DNA of 64,000 nucleotides from the human T2T-CHM13v2.0 reference genome, Homo sapiens (GCF_009914755.1 NC_060939.1), one strand, 5' to 3'. Positions 26,393-39,990 are shown, counted from the first letter of the stretch. The notes: generated by a model from the letters alone, not told the origin. Translations and numbers: made by a program.

Positions 26393-28360
26393 TGACACTC
26401 TTCCAATAGGTGGTACTTTGACTTGTCAGGGAAGTTCTATTGCTCTGATAACTTAAAACCAACCCAACCAGAAGCTCACAAAAACTAGCAGCCTGTGAAA
26501 AATGATCACCATTTTCCTAGAGCTCCGAGACAACTAGTGGTAGTGCAACAGTAACCCAAAAATGTCAATGAAAATATTTCCTTCCCCAGAAACTGCTTGG
26601 TTTCACTCAGGTCCTGTCCTTATGGGCCTGTGTCTGGTTGCAGGGCTTGAAGTATTTCGGAAGCTCAGCAGAGGTTGAACCCTTTCCCCTGGGGGTTGGT
26701 GATCTTTGTTTTGGCCATTTCCACCTGGTGAAGATTTTCATAGACAAATATGCTTGTGGCATCCTGTAATTCATTGTGCCTTATGATGGACCTCTGATTC
26801 TATAAGCTTCCCCCTAGCTAGGGATGCACGGGGGTGATCAAGACATGACTAGATGTGAACCTGACCTGCAGACAGTCCACCTGAACGTGCCTGGAAATGT
26901 CTCCCGAAAAGGATGAAAAGCCTCCTCCTTTAGACAAGGAAGACAGAGTGGAGCAAATTTCTCTACATAGATCTCATTCGAAAACAAATTTACAGAATGC
27001 AGAATGGCTACTGTGTGTCTTGTGCTATGCTAGGTCTCTCTCTCTCTAAGTGGACTCTGACCCTGTCCAAAACATTGTGCTTTTGCATGTAGCTGTGTCG
27101 CATTTAGGCCCAGCTCTAAGAACCGTTTGGAAATAAATCACATAGAGCCTTTGATTGTGAGGCAGGCTTAAAGTACATTTTGTTTGATTTGCAGAGGCAT
27201 GGTGAGGAATTTATATGCATGGCTGTTGTGGCAGCAGCGAGATTTCCAAAAAGATGAATGATGAAATGAAACAGACTGAAGCTATCTCACAAATGTTAAA
27301 TGGAGAAATAAAAGTTGTTATAGTCATTGCTAATTACAGAATGAGCAAGAGATTTATTTAGCAGGACCATACTATGCCCCCTGGAAGGTTCAGTTTATGA
27401 GCTGGAGCACAAGGATTTACTGTCATTTCACCTGAAAACACACATTTAGCTGTCCATTTACCTTTAATCCTACAGGCTTAAAATACTTTAAAATTTCAGA
27501 GACCATTAATATGTATTCCTTTAGAAAGCAAAGGTCTTTCAGAAGCTGTCCTCTACCAAAGTTAATGTGGTCACCACATTTGATGATTTTGCTAGGTAGG
27601 GAGGTTTATTTAATCACAGCTACTGTCACTCAGGAGGATGAGCCATTTAAAAATGGTGGCCCTGTCCTCCACTTCTTACCTACCATATATAATCTCAGTA
27701 ATTCAGATTTCTCTAAATCAGCATTAGTGATCATTTCAATAGGGTATGAACAAAAGGCCTATAAAAATAGCTTTCCAATTCGCCACCAAAAATGCAAAAA
27801 TGACAAGTAAGTGAGGTAACGCATGAGCTAAATAGCTTGATTTAGTCACTCTAAAATGTGGGTGTGTATATATACATACATATATATACACACACACATT
27901 ATGTTATACACCATAAATATATAGAAGTTTTACTTGTCAATTAAAACTATAAATAAAGTGGCTTTCCAGAAAAATTAGATATTGGACTCTATCACAAAGG
28001 AATTGCATAAAAATACTTACAAACATAACTATAAGCAATTGATGAGCAAATTACAAATGACTGTTTTTTATTAAAACATTCCTCCAAAAGAACGGCAAAG
28101 CAAATCCCATAGACACCCAAAATACTAAAAGTGACAAAACAATACTTCTTTAAAAATGTATTTTATGATCTATTTATTGATATTCTAATGGTTTTAAGAA
28201 GGATAATTTTCCAAAACCTAAATGCTACACATTTTACAGTGGCAATATCAACCTTATCATGAGCTAAAGATTTGCAATCAGAACATTGGTAGAGTGCATT
28301 GCTGAGTTATAACAAGTGTCTCAGGACGAGGATATTTGGTAGGTATCCTTAAATATATAG

Positions 28361-28768
<408 letters not shown>

Positions 28769-30049
28769 TGACATGTAAAAATAGAAAACAAACCATCCAT
28801 AGTGTGTGCATATATACACACAAGGTTTGGTTTAATATACTTGCTGTGCACTAGTCAGTTTTGATTCAGGTTACATAAGGGATAAAATATAGAAAGACAT
28901 TTTAAAGTTTGAAATATGTGCTAAGTAGTTAGAGATTTGGCAGTTTTGCCACATTTCAAATGGGCCAAACATTAAAATAACTTATCCATGAATTTCAGGT
29001 TTCAAGGAAGGAGGAATATCTGACTATTTTTTTTTGTGTGTGAGATTTGGTCTCAGCTTTTTGGTCCATCTGAATCCTGGAAGTCCCCAACTCTACCAGA
29101 CCAAAAGGGTGTCTCTATTTTTTGTTGTTACTTCTCTGTTCTTGATGTAATGAGTTAAGTAGATGAAAGAGATTAAGGTGCAGGGAAGGGCTCTTAAAAG
29201 TTTAATGTTTCAGCTTTCCATAGTCATTCATACTTGTGAATCTTCTTCCTCTTCTACTTCAAAGTAGCCAAAACTTGGAAAGTTCAAATTAATCTTTGGG
29301 CTCCAAAGAGCAATTCTGAAGGATTAACAGGTTTCATTCTCTCCAGTGGGAGGTGGCCTAGACAGGTGCCGGTTTTGGGGAGAGGTGAGAGTACCCAGAT
29401 GTGGGTGACTATTTCCTGTTCTTCCCTGAAAGTCAGGCCAGTGGTCTCGAATCATTCCCACAGCAACTGCTACAAAAGTGACTATCTTAATCCTTTGGCT
29501 AGATGGGATACCTCTTCTACCTTTTCAGAGGTGAGCTGTTGAGTAGTAATGTCCGCTACAACACCACGCTCCCGGAATGGTGGTTCCTAAGAGCAAAGTC
29601 AGTTAATACAATTTCTCCAGGTATCCAGCTATCTCCAGGTGTGCGGTCCTGTGAAGCACTCTAAGAACTGTAAAAAATATTTCATAGGTATAGAAGGCAT
29701 TTGTAATACTGTTGGTTCAAATGTGCTGACATGTAGCCAGTGGAGGAAGATGTTTCTTTGGAAGCCTGCCATCTTTCTGTAACGCACCTTCAACCTGAGA
29801 TAATTAAGAGTCATTACGTTTCCCAGTCCCATGTCACATTGACCAGTCCTGTGGTCCTATGGCTAAGCGGAGGACACGGCCACAAGCTGTGAGTCATGAA
29901 AAGGAGGGTGCAGGTGATAGGCAAAGGGACCCATTAGCCAGTTTACAATGACTGGCAACTGACCAGATAGAGCTTACCGTATGTCCATGTAGAGTTGCTC
30001 ATATTAGTCTGTAAATAATTCTATGCATAGTGAATGCAGCTTCTGAATT

Positions 30050-30055
30050 ATTAAA
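30050..30055 (+). terminator. Candidate distal poly(A) signal ATTAAA
   Basis: TGTA at 30010 upstream, CA followed by As ~25 nt downstream, then a T/GT-rich tract (cttttggtctctcttcatatttttcgtggttt). Confidence 0.5.
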
Positions 30056-30455
30056 CTGATGCTATAAATGTGAACTGACAAAACCCACTTTTGGTCTCTC
30101 TTCATATTTTTCGTGGTTTCATTTATCTCTCCCTTCAGATGTTTTTCCATCTGACTGTCACTGGATAGTGGAATTGCTCTGATTACCGATGCCTTTTTTG
30201 TTCTTTGGTATATTAAAATAGTAGTAACAGTTGATCTGGTGATTGGTGAATACAGTTTAATCTTTAATACCTTGTGATCCAGATATTTAACAAACACACA
30301 TGAAATTTACTGAATGACAAGAACTGTGATAAAGACTTTTAAAGCCTATCCCCTTTAACCTTCATAATAACCTAATGAGTAAGTGTTATTTTCTTCCCTT
30401 TAGAAGTGGGGAAACTGGAACACAGGAAAGTCACTTGTCAAAGGCCAAATAGCTA

Positions 30456-30695
30456 CAGACTGAGTATTCCTTATCCCAAATGTTTGGGACCAGAAGTGTT
30501 CTGGATTTCCGGTTTTAAAAGATTTTGGGATATTGGCATTATACCTACCAGCTGAGCATCCCAAGTCTGCACATTTGATATCTAAAATACTCCAGTGAGC
30601 TTTTCCTTGGAGTACACGTTGGCGCTCAAAAAGTTTTCAATTTGGGAGCATTTCGGATTTTTGACTTTTGGATTTGGATTTGGAATGCTCAACCT
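30456..30695. mobile_element. Tigger4a/MER46A-like DNA transposon
   Basis: Terminal inverted repeats cagactgagtattcc / ggaatgctcaacctg, with internal ttgggaccagaagtgtt. Confidence 0.8.
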
Positions 30696-31300
30696 GTTTT
30701 CAGAGTCAGAGCCAAGTTCTGAATGCTCATCACCTGGCATATAGTATGGTATAATCACCCCACCAAACCTCTTCCAAAAGAAGCCAGGGTCATCTGCTGC
30801 AGATGTTTCTGGGCCACTAGGCCAATATTAACCAAATTATTATAGACACCATCTTAATGTAGAGGATCCCACAAGACTGTGACCTAATAAAACCCTCATT
30901 TTCCCTATGCATTGTGACTAACACAGTATTTGATACGTAGTAGGTCTCAATAGATGATGAATAGACCGATGAATGAGCACATGAGTTGAATGGTGAGGAG
31001 CAAGTGAAGTGTCATATGTAAAAGAGTTAATTCTCAGATTGATTCAAATGCGGACTTAACACTGCAGCTGTAACTCTGGGTCCGGGTCTTGGTGGCTCCT
31101 GCTTTGCTGAGCTTTAAAACTTTAGTAACCTGATGATGGAGAGATCTGGGGGGTGCAGAGGAGGGACCTGGTTCTGGAGTGGTGATGCTGGTTGTCAGAG
31201 GGCTGAGGGTGGTGGCCTTTTGCTAACTGGTATGGAAGCATTTCGGTATTTTAACAAGTATGAAAGTAGCTATGTGAATTTGCCAAATAGAAATCTTGGA

Positions 31301-31630
31301 GGCCAGGTGCAGTGGTTCACACCTGTAATCCCAGCATTTTGGGAAGCCAAGGCAGGTGGATCACTTGAGGTCAGGAGTTCGAGACCAGTCTGGCCAACAT
31401 CGTGAAACCCCATCTCTTCTAAAAATACAAAACTTAGCTGGGTGTGGTGGCACATGCCTGTGATCCCAGCTACTTGGGAGGCTAGGGCAGGAGCATCTCT
31501 TGAACCTGGGAGGTGGAGGTTGCAGTGAGCTGAGATGGTATGTGAGTCTTGGTTGGACACAAGAAAATGCACTCCAGCCTGGGTGACACAGTGAGACTCT
31601 GTCTCAAAAAAAAAAAAAAAAAGAAAGAAA
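31301..31630 (+). mobile_element. AluS carrying a 29-nt non-Alu insertion in the right arm
   Basis: Alu consensus interrupted at 31538-31566. TSD-like agaaatctt / agaaacttt flanks. Confidence 0.93.
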
Positions 31631-31790
31631 CTTTAGAAGCCACAAGAGGTCAGCTCCAGTGCAATATCCTCACCTGATGATGTTTTCCAAGCTCCTACCA
31701 AGGCTGCTGAGACACATCAGTAATTGAAAAACTTTGTGGAGTTCGGTTTCGTTTCAACCAGGTATACTTTTTTGCTTTATTCCCATATCA

Positions 31791-31804
31791 ACACTAGAGG
31801 GCAG
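31791..31804 (+). promoter_or_regulatory. Candidate CTCF core motif ACACTAGAGGGCAG
   Basis: Close match to CCASYAGRKGGCRS in non-repeat sequence. Motif match only; binding not shown. Confidence 0.45.
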
Positions 31805-32988
31805 TAGCTACCTTGACGATGTAAACCAGGCTTCTCCAAGGTTGGTGAGCCCTCTCTCCCGCCTTTGCCAAGGGGAATGAACGGCTTTTGCGAAGCATGA
31901 GTATTGCCCCTCTGTTGTTTACGATGGGTCTGAATGTGGAGATGATTCCAGAAGGCATTTGCTGGAGGGCCTGGGATATCCTTTAACCGTTGATAATATG
32001 CTCTTATCTGAAAGATGGAAACTTTCCCATCAACTTTAGAGGAATTGTGGATTCAGCAATCATTTATTAAACATGGGGATGGGGACACCCTTCACCATCT
32101 TAGCAGACGACTGGCTTTTAACCCATGCTTATTTAATTAGGACTTCACCATTTACTGTTGCTAGTTAATTTTATATAGGCAAAAACCTCTTGGTGTCCCC
32201 TGGGAATCTGTAAGGACAATGTGCTAGGAATGAGAATTCAGAAGGGAGTGTTGGTTTGTGTATTCACAAGGTGTCTACTCAAAGATTGAACTCTTCCATA
32301 CGTGGGGTGAAAGTTCCTGGCATTAACTATATTAAATAGTCACTGTCCTAGCTGAGCTCAGGGGAGCAGATGTTTTCAGCACAGGATACATGCAAAGGCA
32401 GTAAAATGTACTAGGAGAAGTTCGGTTTGGAAGCCCTGAAGTTCTTGACTCCATCCTTCACTTCTGAGATCTAGGGAAAGGCTGTGAGAGCCTGTGCTGG
32501 TTGCTTAACCTCATTTTCCTTATCTTTAAAACAGAAGCGGCAGACACAATGGCTGTAGGGTCTCTCCAAGTTTTGATTTCTACAGTAAGAACAATATCAC
32601 TTGGGAATGCATATAAAGCAAGACACAGAAATAGAGTTTCCTGTATGTGAGTCTTGGTTGGTCACAAGAAAGGGAGTGCGTGCCCTGTGAGCTCTGTTTC
32701 GTTTGGAGATACTTGACAGGGTGCACCGTGCTTTGATTACTCCTCGCCAGTGCTTTCCACAGAGGGAGCGAGAGGCAGGTGATCTGCCAGTGTAATATGA
32801 AAGGCAATCTAGGCTCAAGGCTAGCTTAAAGGGAAAAGGAAAAGGAGGTATCCACAGGGAAAATGGGGTTAGTTTTATATTCAAATCTCACCTGAGATGC
32901 CAACAAAGTAATGACAGAAAACTGCATGTAGCTACATCAGTGGAGGCTAAAAGAAGATAATCAGAGATACTAGGAAGCAACCTACTGC

Positions 32989-33465
32989 AGGAGGAGAGAG
33001 AGGGGGGAGGGAGGGAGAGAGAGAAAGGGGAGAGAGACAGAGAAAGAGATGAAGAGAGAGAGGGAAGGAAGGACAGAGAGAAAAAAAGAGGGAGAGAGAG
33101 AAAAAGACAGAGAAAGAGATGAAGAGAGAGAGGGAAGGAAGGACAGAGAGAAAAAAAGAGGGAGAGAGAGAGAAAAAGAGAAAGTAGAGAGAGAGGGAGA
33201 GAAAGAGGAAGGGAGAAAGAGAGATGGAGAGAGAGAGAAAAAGTGAGAGAAAGAAGGAGAGAGGGAGGGAGAAGAAGGGAGAGGGAGAGAAAAAGAGAGG
33301 GAGAGAAAAGAGAAAGGGAGAAAGAGAGGGAAGGAGAGAGAGAAAAAGAGGGAGGAGGAAGGACGGGGGAGAGGCGGAGAGGAGAGAAGGAGAGAGGGAG
33401 AGAGAGAGGGGGGGATAGGGGGAGACGGGGACACTGGGAGAGGGGAGAGGAAAAGAGATAGGGAG
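32989..33465. repeat. GA-rich polypurine tract with an internal 70-bp-period duplication
   Basis: Nearly all purine on the + strand. 33035-33100 is repeated exactly at 33105-33170. Confidence 0.95.
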
Positions 33466-36400
33466 ATTGACTCATGGTTGGAAGGTCCTGGGTTTAAATC
33501 CTGGCTCCACATGGGTAAGCGTGGGCAGGTGAGGGAGCTCCCTGAGCCTCTTTTTTTCTCACCTGTTGTTCATAAACGTGAGTTGCCTCTCCTGTCCTTC
33601 TTTTTCCTTGAATCTACAGTTCTAAGGAAAAAAAAGTGTTTCATGTTTCATGCATTCAATAAAACTTTTTCCCCTGGAGCTGAATAAGTAGAAAAGGCAC
33701 CAGAAAGCGTAGCGAAAGAACGAGGATACTCTAAGTCTGGCTTGAAGGGACTGGACCATTTCCAGAGTGTTCCACAGCCAAACATGAGCACACAGAGAAA
33801 GCAGACCAGAAAAGACAGACAAATGACGGACCTGGAAATTATCTTCATGTGAGTCCTGGTGTGTTTCCTGAAATGGACCTTCCTGGCATTTGTTTGCATG
33901 ACAGAATTCTTTTTCGCTGGAGTGGAAGAGACACCAAATAGCAATGGTGATGATGTGGAAGGATCACCTTCACGTGACCTTGTGGGGGGTAGTTATATCA
34001 ATGTGGTGAACCAGGGCAGGTAGAAGAACATGGAAAAAACACATGCAAATGTTTGTCACTCCTTGTGAACTTTCAGAAATAACCAGGTGAAACTCCTAAT
34101 GGAATTAGAAATCCTTTATGAATAGCCAGGGAAAAACACTAGGAAGCACAGGTGATTCCTGTAAGTGAGACCTAGTTTCTAGGAGACCACACGCTACGTA
34201 AAGAATGAAGGCAATTGGAATTTCTTCCATGGAATAGAGATGTAGGGAGACTGAGTGAAGTTTAGCAGAAATGATGCCTCTTTCAAAATTTTGTTTTTCA
34301 GGTCTCATTGAGTCTGAGTTAATACGTGAGACACCAATAGGCTGGTTTAGAATTACATGTCTTCATGATTTCATCTTTATGTATTTACTTTTTGGGGTTG
34401 CCTCATATTAAAGAACTTCAACTTCATCATTTTGTTAAAGAAACTTCAGCAAGCAAAAACATAGACTATCCACTAATCTTGCATAAAAAATCAATATTGC
34501 ATTTGCATCGACTTCTCAGATCTAATTTACACTGCATATAGAGTATCCCCCAGTGAAGCTTAGCCCAAAGGAAAGAAGGTAAAGAGAAGAGGAAGAGAAT
34601 GACTTAGATGAGGAGGACAGAAGAACGCAGAAGGGGAGGAGGCCGGGTCACGGATCAAGGCCAGGTCAGAAGGGGACAGCTGGTGGTACACACAGAAGCA
34701 AGAGGAAGGTCATCATCCGAAATTCTAGGACTGCAGAAGGAGGGTGTGTTTAGAGATTCTGATTTCTCCAACGGGGGAAGCAGAAAAAGTCCAGAATCTT
34801 AAATAATGGGCTTGGGTCAGCCTCATGCATTCCATCAGGTCAGAGGGAGACAGGGTGTGTGCCTGAGGATCCAGGCAGAGTTTCAGGTGGTATAAATCAA
34901 GCCCAGTTGATAGTAGTTGGAGAAGATTCTAGAGAAGGAAATAGGAAATTGCATTCCTGGGTCAGAAACGGGCAGTCAGGTCTTTACTACTATACCCTCA
35001 AGAAATGACTGTGAATTCCAGGACGGCGTCTTCCTATGCTCTGCCCTACCCATTACTTACTCTCCTGCAGGGTATTAGATACTTCCTGTGCACCACCCCA
35101 TGTGCTCTTGGCTTTGCCTCTTATTTAAATGGCTGCAGCTGTGGCAGTCAATCTACACAGGCTTTGACAAGCTTCCTGCAGCGTGGGCCTCACGGATTTT
35201 TGACACACAGCATGGCACGCCCAAAGACGTGCTCAATACTCACAAATGCTCAGCTGTGAAGTGGAGGGGAGCTTATGTCTCTTGGGGGACCCCTGGACCA
35301 ATGAGGGGCAGGAGCTGATCAATAAATGCCTTCCTTCCCTTTCTTACTCCGGAGACTTGGCTGTGACTTCTCAGGTGATTCCATGAGATGTAAGTGGCCC
35401 CAGAGTGAGGGCCCATTGGAGAATGCAAATGCATCCTGGTATCGGCTTTCTTTGCTTCCTGCTCTCTCTGTCCTCAGCCCTGCTGCCTGGAATCACCCTT
35501 TCAAAGAAACTTACTCTCACATAAGCCTCTATCTCAGGCTCTACTCTGGGTAACCCAGGCTAGAAAAACAGACCAAGAGAGTGAGAAGGAGATGGAGATG
35601 TCTTCCTTGGAGGGCTTCTTGAATTCAGCAAGTCGGGGCAGGAAACAGGGGCTTCTCAGAACACATGGTGAGACTTCCCCATCCTTTGCTTTGGAGGGTG
35701 GTGAGTACCTGGGGCAGGTACTTCTCTGGCTAATGATACTCCTTTTATAGGAGACATTTTTTCTGCTCTTCAGAGATCATTTCACATAAAAGTCAGACTT
35801 TGGGATTTAAAGTCCTACTCTCTTTTCTAGACCAATGACTCCCTATTTCTCCATGGCTTCATTTTAAGACCCAGTGTGCACATTTGCCCACTGACTTGGT
35901 CTCCTGCCCCTGAATGTGGATCTATTCTTTAATATCCCCCTGAAATCAGTCTCCTGCGAGCTGGCTGCCCCAAGCCAGGTGTGGCCTGACTGATGCAAAT
36001 ACAGGGGAATTCTTGCCTCTGGTAGTTTGAGATTCAGTTCTTGGTCAGTTAATGGGGACCCGGATTATAGAATGTCTTTGCTTTCAGGAAATTCAATGAC
36101 TGTGTTGGAAGCACTAATTACCTGCCTTAAAAACCAACATTATTAGCCAAGAATAATTATTACTGCAAGGAAAAGGAAAACAATCAGGAAGGAACACATC
36201 TTTAAGGCCACTTTAAATTTCAACTCACCTTCTAGCGGAGGGGGAAAGGTGCAAATCCTTATTCTCCTGTCTATTAAAAAGAAAGTCTTCAACTGTAAGC
36301 AATCTGCCACTGAATCCCATTTATATTTTTTTACCTTTGGTGTGAATAGCAATTAGATGTAGTGACAAAAACACAACATGTGGAGGTTCATACAACTTTG

Positions 36401-36486
36401 GTATTTGTTATTTTAAGTTCTTTTTCAGGATATAAACGATTGGAGTTTGAGTGAAGTTATGGTTGGTGGGTGAAGCATGTGAAGTT

Positions 36487-36510
36487 TGTGTGTGTGTGTG
36501 TGTGTGTGTG
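36487..36510. repeat. (TG)n microsatellite
   Basis: About 12 uninterrupted TG units. Confidence 0.95.
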
Positions 36511-37329
36511 GTGGGGGGTAGCATAGAGAGGCTTCATGGTTACTATGGCTACACCACACAACGCCCCTGGCAACTTGAACAGGGTGTAAGGGCAACAAGC
36601 AGGGGGAGTTGGAAAAGCATACAAATGAAATCAGAGGGGTTTACAAAATCCCAAACTGGAAGACTGTATTTCCTTAAATACCTCTACCATCTGGGCACAT
36701 TCTCTTTTAAGATTCTGTACTCCAGATGCATTTTTGTCAAACAAAGCAGAGTTATCTTTAGTAATATAAAATTAAGGGAGCAATGGCTGAGTGTAACAAT
36801 TCTAAAGAAACCTTGGGATCGGCCATACAGTGATGCCTGATTTAGCTGGCATTGTTGGGTCTCGGTGCTACATAGATAAAATAACCCCTGTAATGGGAGC
36901 TACCTTGTTGAACTAGGATGGATGGGTGGGTCCGTGGGAAGATTCTCTTTATCATTCTCCTTTAATCTGCCTCCAACGCTGCACCTGCCACATCTCTTCT
37001 AGGTCTGCCTTGGCCCTGAAGCCCACCAGACTCTGTGGGGAGATAAAAGGAAGGAGGTGAGGATGGAGGGTGACGTTGACGACTCTAATTCTTTCTGATT
37101 TGCACTCTCCTCTCTCCTTCCACACAGGCCTAGCTCTTGGGTAATCGGATGGAGGAGAGGATGAAAGCAAGTGAAACTTCCTCCTACCTTCAGGCCACAA
37201 CAGCCAGATAATCTCTTGCTTGTGTGACATACAGTTTGTGGTTAATTCACTGCTTACCCCTCTTTGTCTATTGCTCCATCCTTTTTTCAACTCAACAGAG
37301 ACTTCTGTTTTTCTCTGTTTTTAAAAACT

Positions 37330-37890
37330 TAATTTTAAAAAGTTTTGTGGAGGTAAAATCCACATAACATAAAATGAACCATGTGAAAGGACAGGTTGAA
37401 TATTCCCTTGTTTGAAACACTTGGGACAAGAAGTGTTTCAGATTTTGGATGTTTTTGGATTTTAGAACATTTGTATGTATACAATGAGATACCTTGGGGA
37501 TGCGACCCAAGTCTAAACATGGGATTAATTTATATTTAATATACACCCTATACGCATAGCCTAAATGTAATTTTACATAATACTTTAAACAATTTTATGC
37601 AGAAAATTAAGTTTGTGGTAAGTACTTTACGTGCAGAGTTTTCCACCTCTGGTGTCAAGGTAGCACTCAAAAAGCTTCAGATTTTGGAGCATTTCAGATT
37701 TTGAATTTTTGAATTAGGGATGCTCACCCTGCATAGACTTCACTTGCGTTTGGTACATTCTCTGTGTTGCACAATAATCATCTCTATTTCATTCCAAAAC
37801 ATTTTTACCACCTCAAAAGGAAACCTGATACCACTGAGCCATCACTCCCCACTTCCCCCCTCCTCCGCCCCTGCCAACTACCAAAACTTT
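37330..37890 (-). mobile_element. L1MB-like 3' end interrupted by Tigger4b
   Basis: ggtaaaatccacataacataaaatgaaccat...ttccaaaacatttttaccacctcaaaaggaaacc. Confidence 0.7.
37392..37731. mobile_element. Tigger4b/MER46B-like DNA transposon
   Basis: Terminal inverted repeats caggttgaatattccc / gggatgctcaccctg, with internal ggggatgcgacccaagtctaaacat. Confidence 0.8.
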
Positions 37891-38139
37891 TAATTGTAGT
37901 ATAAAATACATGCAGAACAATGCACAGGTCATATGTGTGCAGCTCAATGACTTTCCACAGGTGGTCACACCCGGGGTCCCCTGAGCTCAGATCAAGATGG
38001 AATCTTAACAGCTCCTCCTGTGGCCCCTCTCACTTCTAACCCGACTACCAGAGAAGCCACTATCCTAATCATGGATTGTGTGTGTGTTTTTGAGCTTTCA
38101 ACACATGGGCTCCAACCTTATGTTCTCCTTTGAATCTGG

Positions 38140-38236
38140 CTTCATATCTTCATCAGTATGTTTGTGTGGTTGTGGTTTGCTTATTCTCTTCATATCTTCA
38201 TCAATATGTATGTAGGATTGTGTTTTGCTTATTCTC
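38140..38236. repeat. 48-bp tandem duplication, two diverged copies
   Basis: cttcatatcttcatca...tttgcttattct starts at 38140 and again at 38188. Confidence 0.9.
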
Positions 38237-38349
38237 ATTACTGTATTGTATTTCCTTGGGCAAATTTACTCCAATTCGTTTGCTGGGTGAATATACTTCA
38301 CTTTACTTATCCATTCTATTGTTTTGTGGTGCCTAGTTTCCCTCTTTAG

Positions 38350-38670
38350 GACGGCAGGACAAATTCCCCTGCTGTCTCAGCGGAGGAGAGCTGCTTGCCC
38401 AGGGTCACACTCCTTTGCTGGGCAGCCCACATCCAGTGCTGATTGACATTGGGGCATGAAGGTCTAGCCCCATCACCCTAACTTGGGACAACTAGGAAGC
38501 GCTATCCCAGATTCAGAGCTCTCCCGTGGGGTCAGCTGAGGCCATGATGACCTGCATTGCAGCCCACCCAACTTCTCTCTGCCCAATTCTACTCTCTTCC
38601 CTCCCTCCACGGGTGAGGATTCTGAGAGTTCTTTAATTAATGTCCTTCACGTGAGCACTGCTTTCTGGGT
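38350..38670. mobile_element. LTR16-like ERVL LTR
   Basis: aacttgggacaact...ccag...cagagctc...gtggggtcagctgaggcc...tctgcccaattct resembles the LTR16 family. Confidence 0.6.
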
Positions 38671-38980
38671 AGCAGTGGGGCTTTGGATCATTTGTAATTT
38701 TTTGCTTTCACAAAGTGGTGCTGCTATGAACATTCTGGTGCAGGTGTTCTGGTGAAGATGTGTGTGCATTTCAGTGGGGTATGTATCTCAGAGTGGAGCT
38801 GCTAGGTTTTAGAATTAGCACTCACTCGGCTTTAATAGATAGTGCCAAACAAAGTAAAGTGGTTGTACCAATTTACCTTCTTGTCAGGAGTTCTAGTTGT
38901 TTCACATCCTCCCCAACATTTAGTTCTCTTTTATATGTTAGCTAGTATAATAGGGGTGTCATGATATTTCAATCAATGAG

Positions 38981-39280
38981 TTTTTTTTTTTTTTTTTTTT
39001 TTTGAGATTGAACCTCTCTCTTGTCACCAAGGCTTGAATGCAGTGGCGCGATCATGGCTCCCTGCAACTGCCTCCTCCTGGATTTGAGTGATTCTCTTGA
39101 TTCAGCCTCCCTAGTAGTTGGGATTACAGGTGTGTGCCACCACGCCCACCTACTTTTTGTATTTTTAGTAGAGACAAGGTTCAGCTATGTTGGCCAGGCT
39201 GGTCTCGAACTCTTGACCTCAAGCCATCCACCCACCTCGCAATGTGTTGGGATTACAGGCTTGAGCCACTGTGCCCCGCC
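38981..39280 (-). mobile_element. Alu (J/S, diverged)
   Basis: Poly(T) followed by reverse Alu consensus, inside an old L1M fragment. Confidence 0.9.
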
Positions 39281-39374
39281 TTTAATGTGGTTTTAATTTG
39301 CACTTGCGTTGCAGCCTATATACTTTTTAGGCACCTCTCTTGAGCCATTGGGCAGATGCCCCTTCTTTAAAGAC

Positions 39375-39660
39375 TATATATTTTTTAAGAGCAGCTTTGG
39401 GCCCACAGCAAAATTGAGAGGAAGTATAGAGATTTCTCATATAACCCCTGCTCCTACATCTGCACAGTCTCCCCCCATTATCAACATCCCCCAACAGAGT
39501 GGCACATTGACACATCAGTATCACCCAAAGTCCACGGCTTACATCAGCGTTTTCTCTTGGTGTTGTACATCCTATGGGTTTGGACAGATGTGTAATGACA
39601 TGTATCCATTATTATAATAGCATGCAGAGTATTTTCACTGTCCTGAAAATCCTCCTTGGT
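39375..39660 (-). mobile_element. L1MC1/L1MD-like 3' end
   Basis: agagcagctttgggcccacagcaaaattgagaggaagtatagagatttctcatata. Confidence 0.7.
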
Positions 39661-39990
39661 CTGCAGACACTATGATGATCACATCCCCCTTTATCCAAGA
39701 CAGGCATAAATTTTCTTGTGTAGCATTGGGACAAACATTTATTAATTTTATTTTTTATTTAGGAAAAATATAAATATAATTTACCATAATTATCATTCTA
39801 AGTATATAGTTCTATGGTAATAAATACACTTATATTCTTTTTTTCCCCTTCATTCCCCCAAGATATTTATTAATTTTAATACCTTTCTATCTACTGGGTA
39901 CAGGTAAGACCAGTATTGTTTTAAAGTGGACTGGTAATATTGTTGGCTTGTTAAATTGTGGCAGCTCCCTGTAGAAAGAAGTAGCTGAAG

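Noticed and set aside
32888-33512. Longest ORFs in the window (195 and 176 aa, Leu/Ser-rich, plus Arg/Glu-rich counterparts)
   Set aside because: Artefacts of the GA/TC low-complexity tract.
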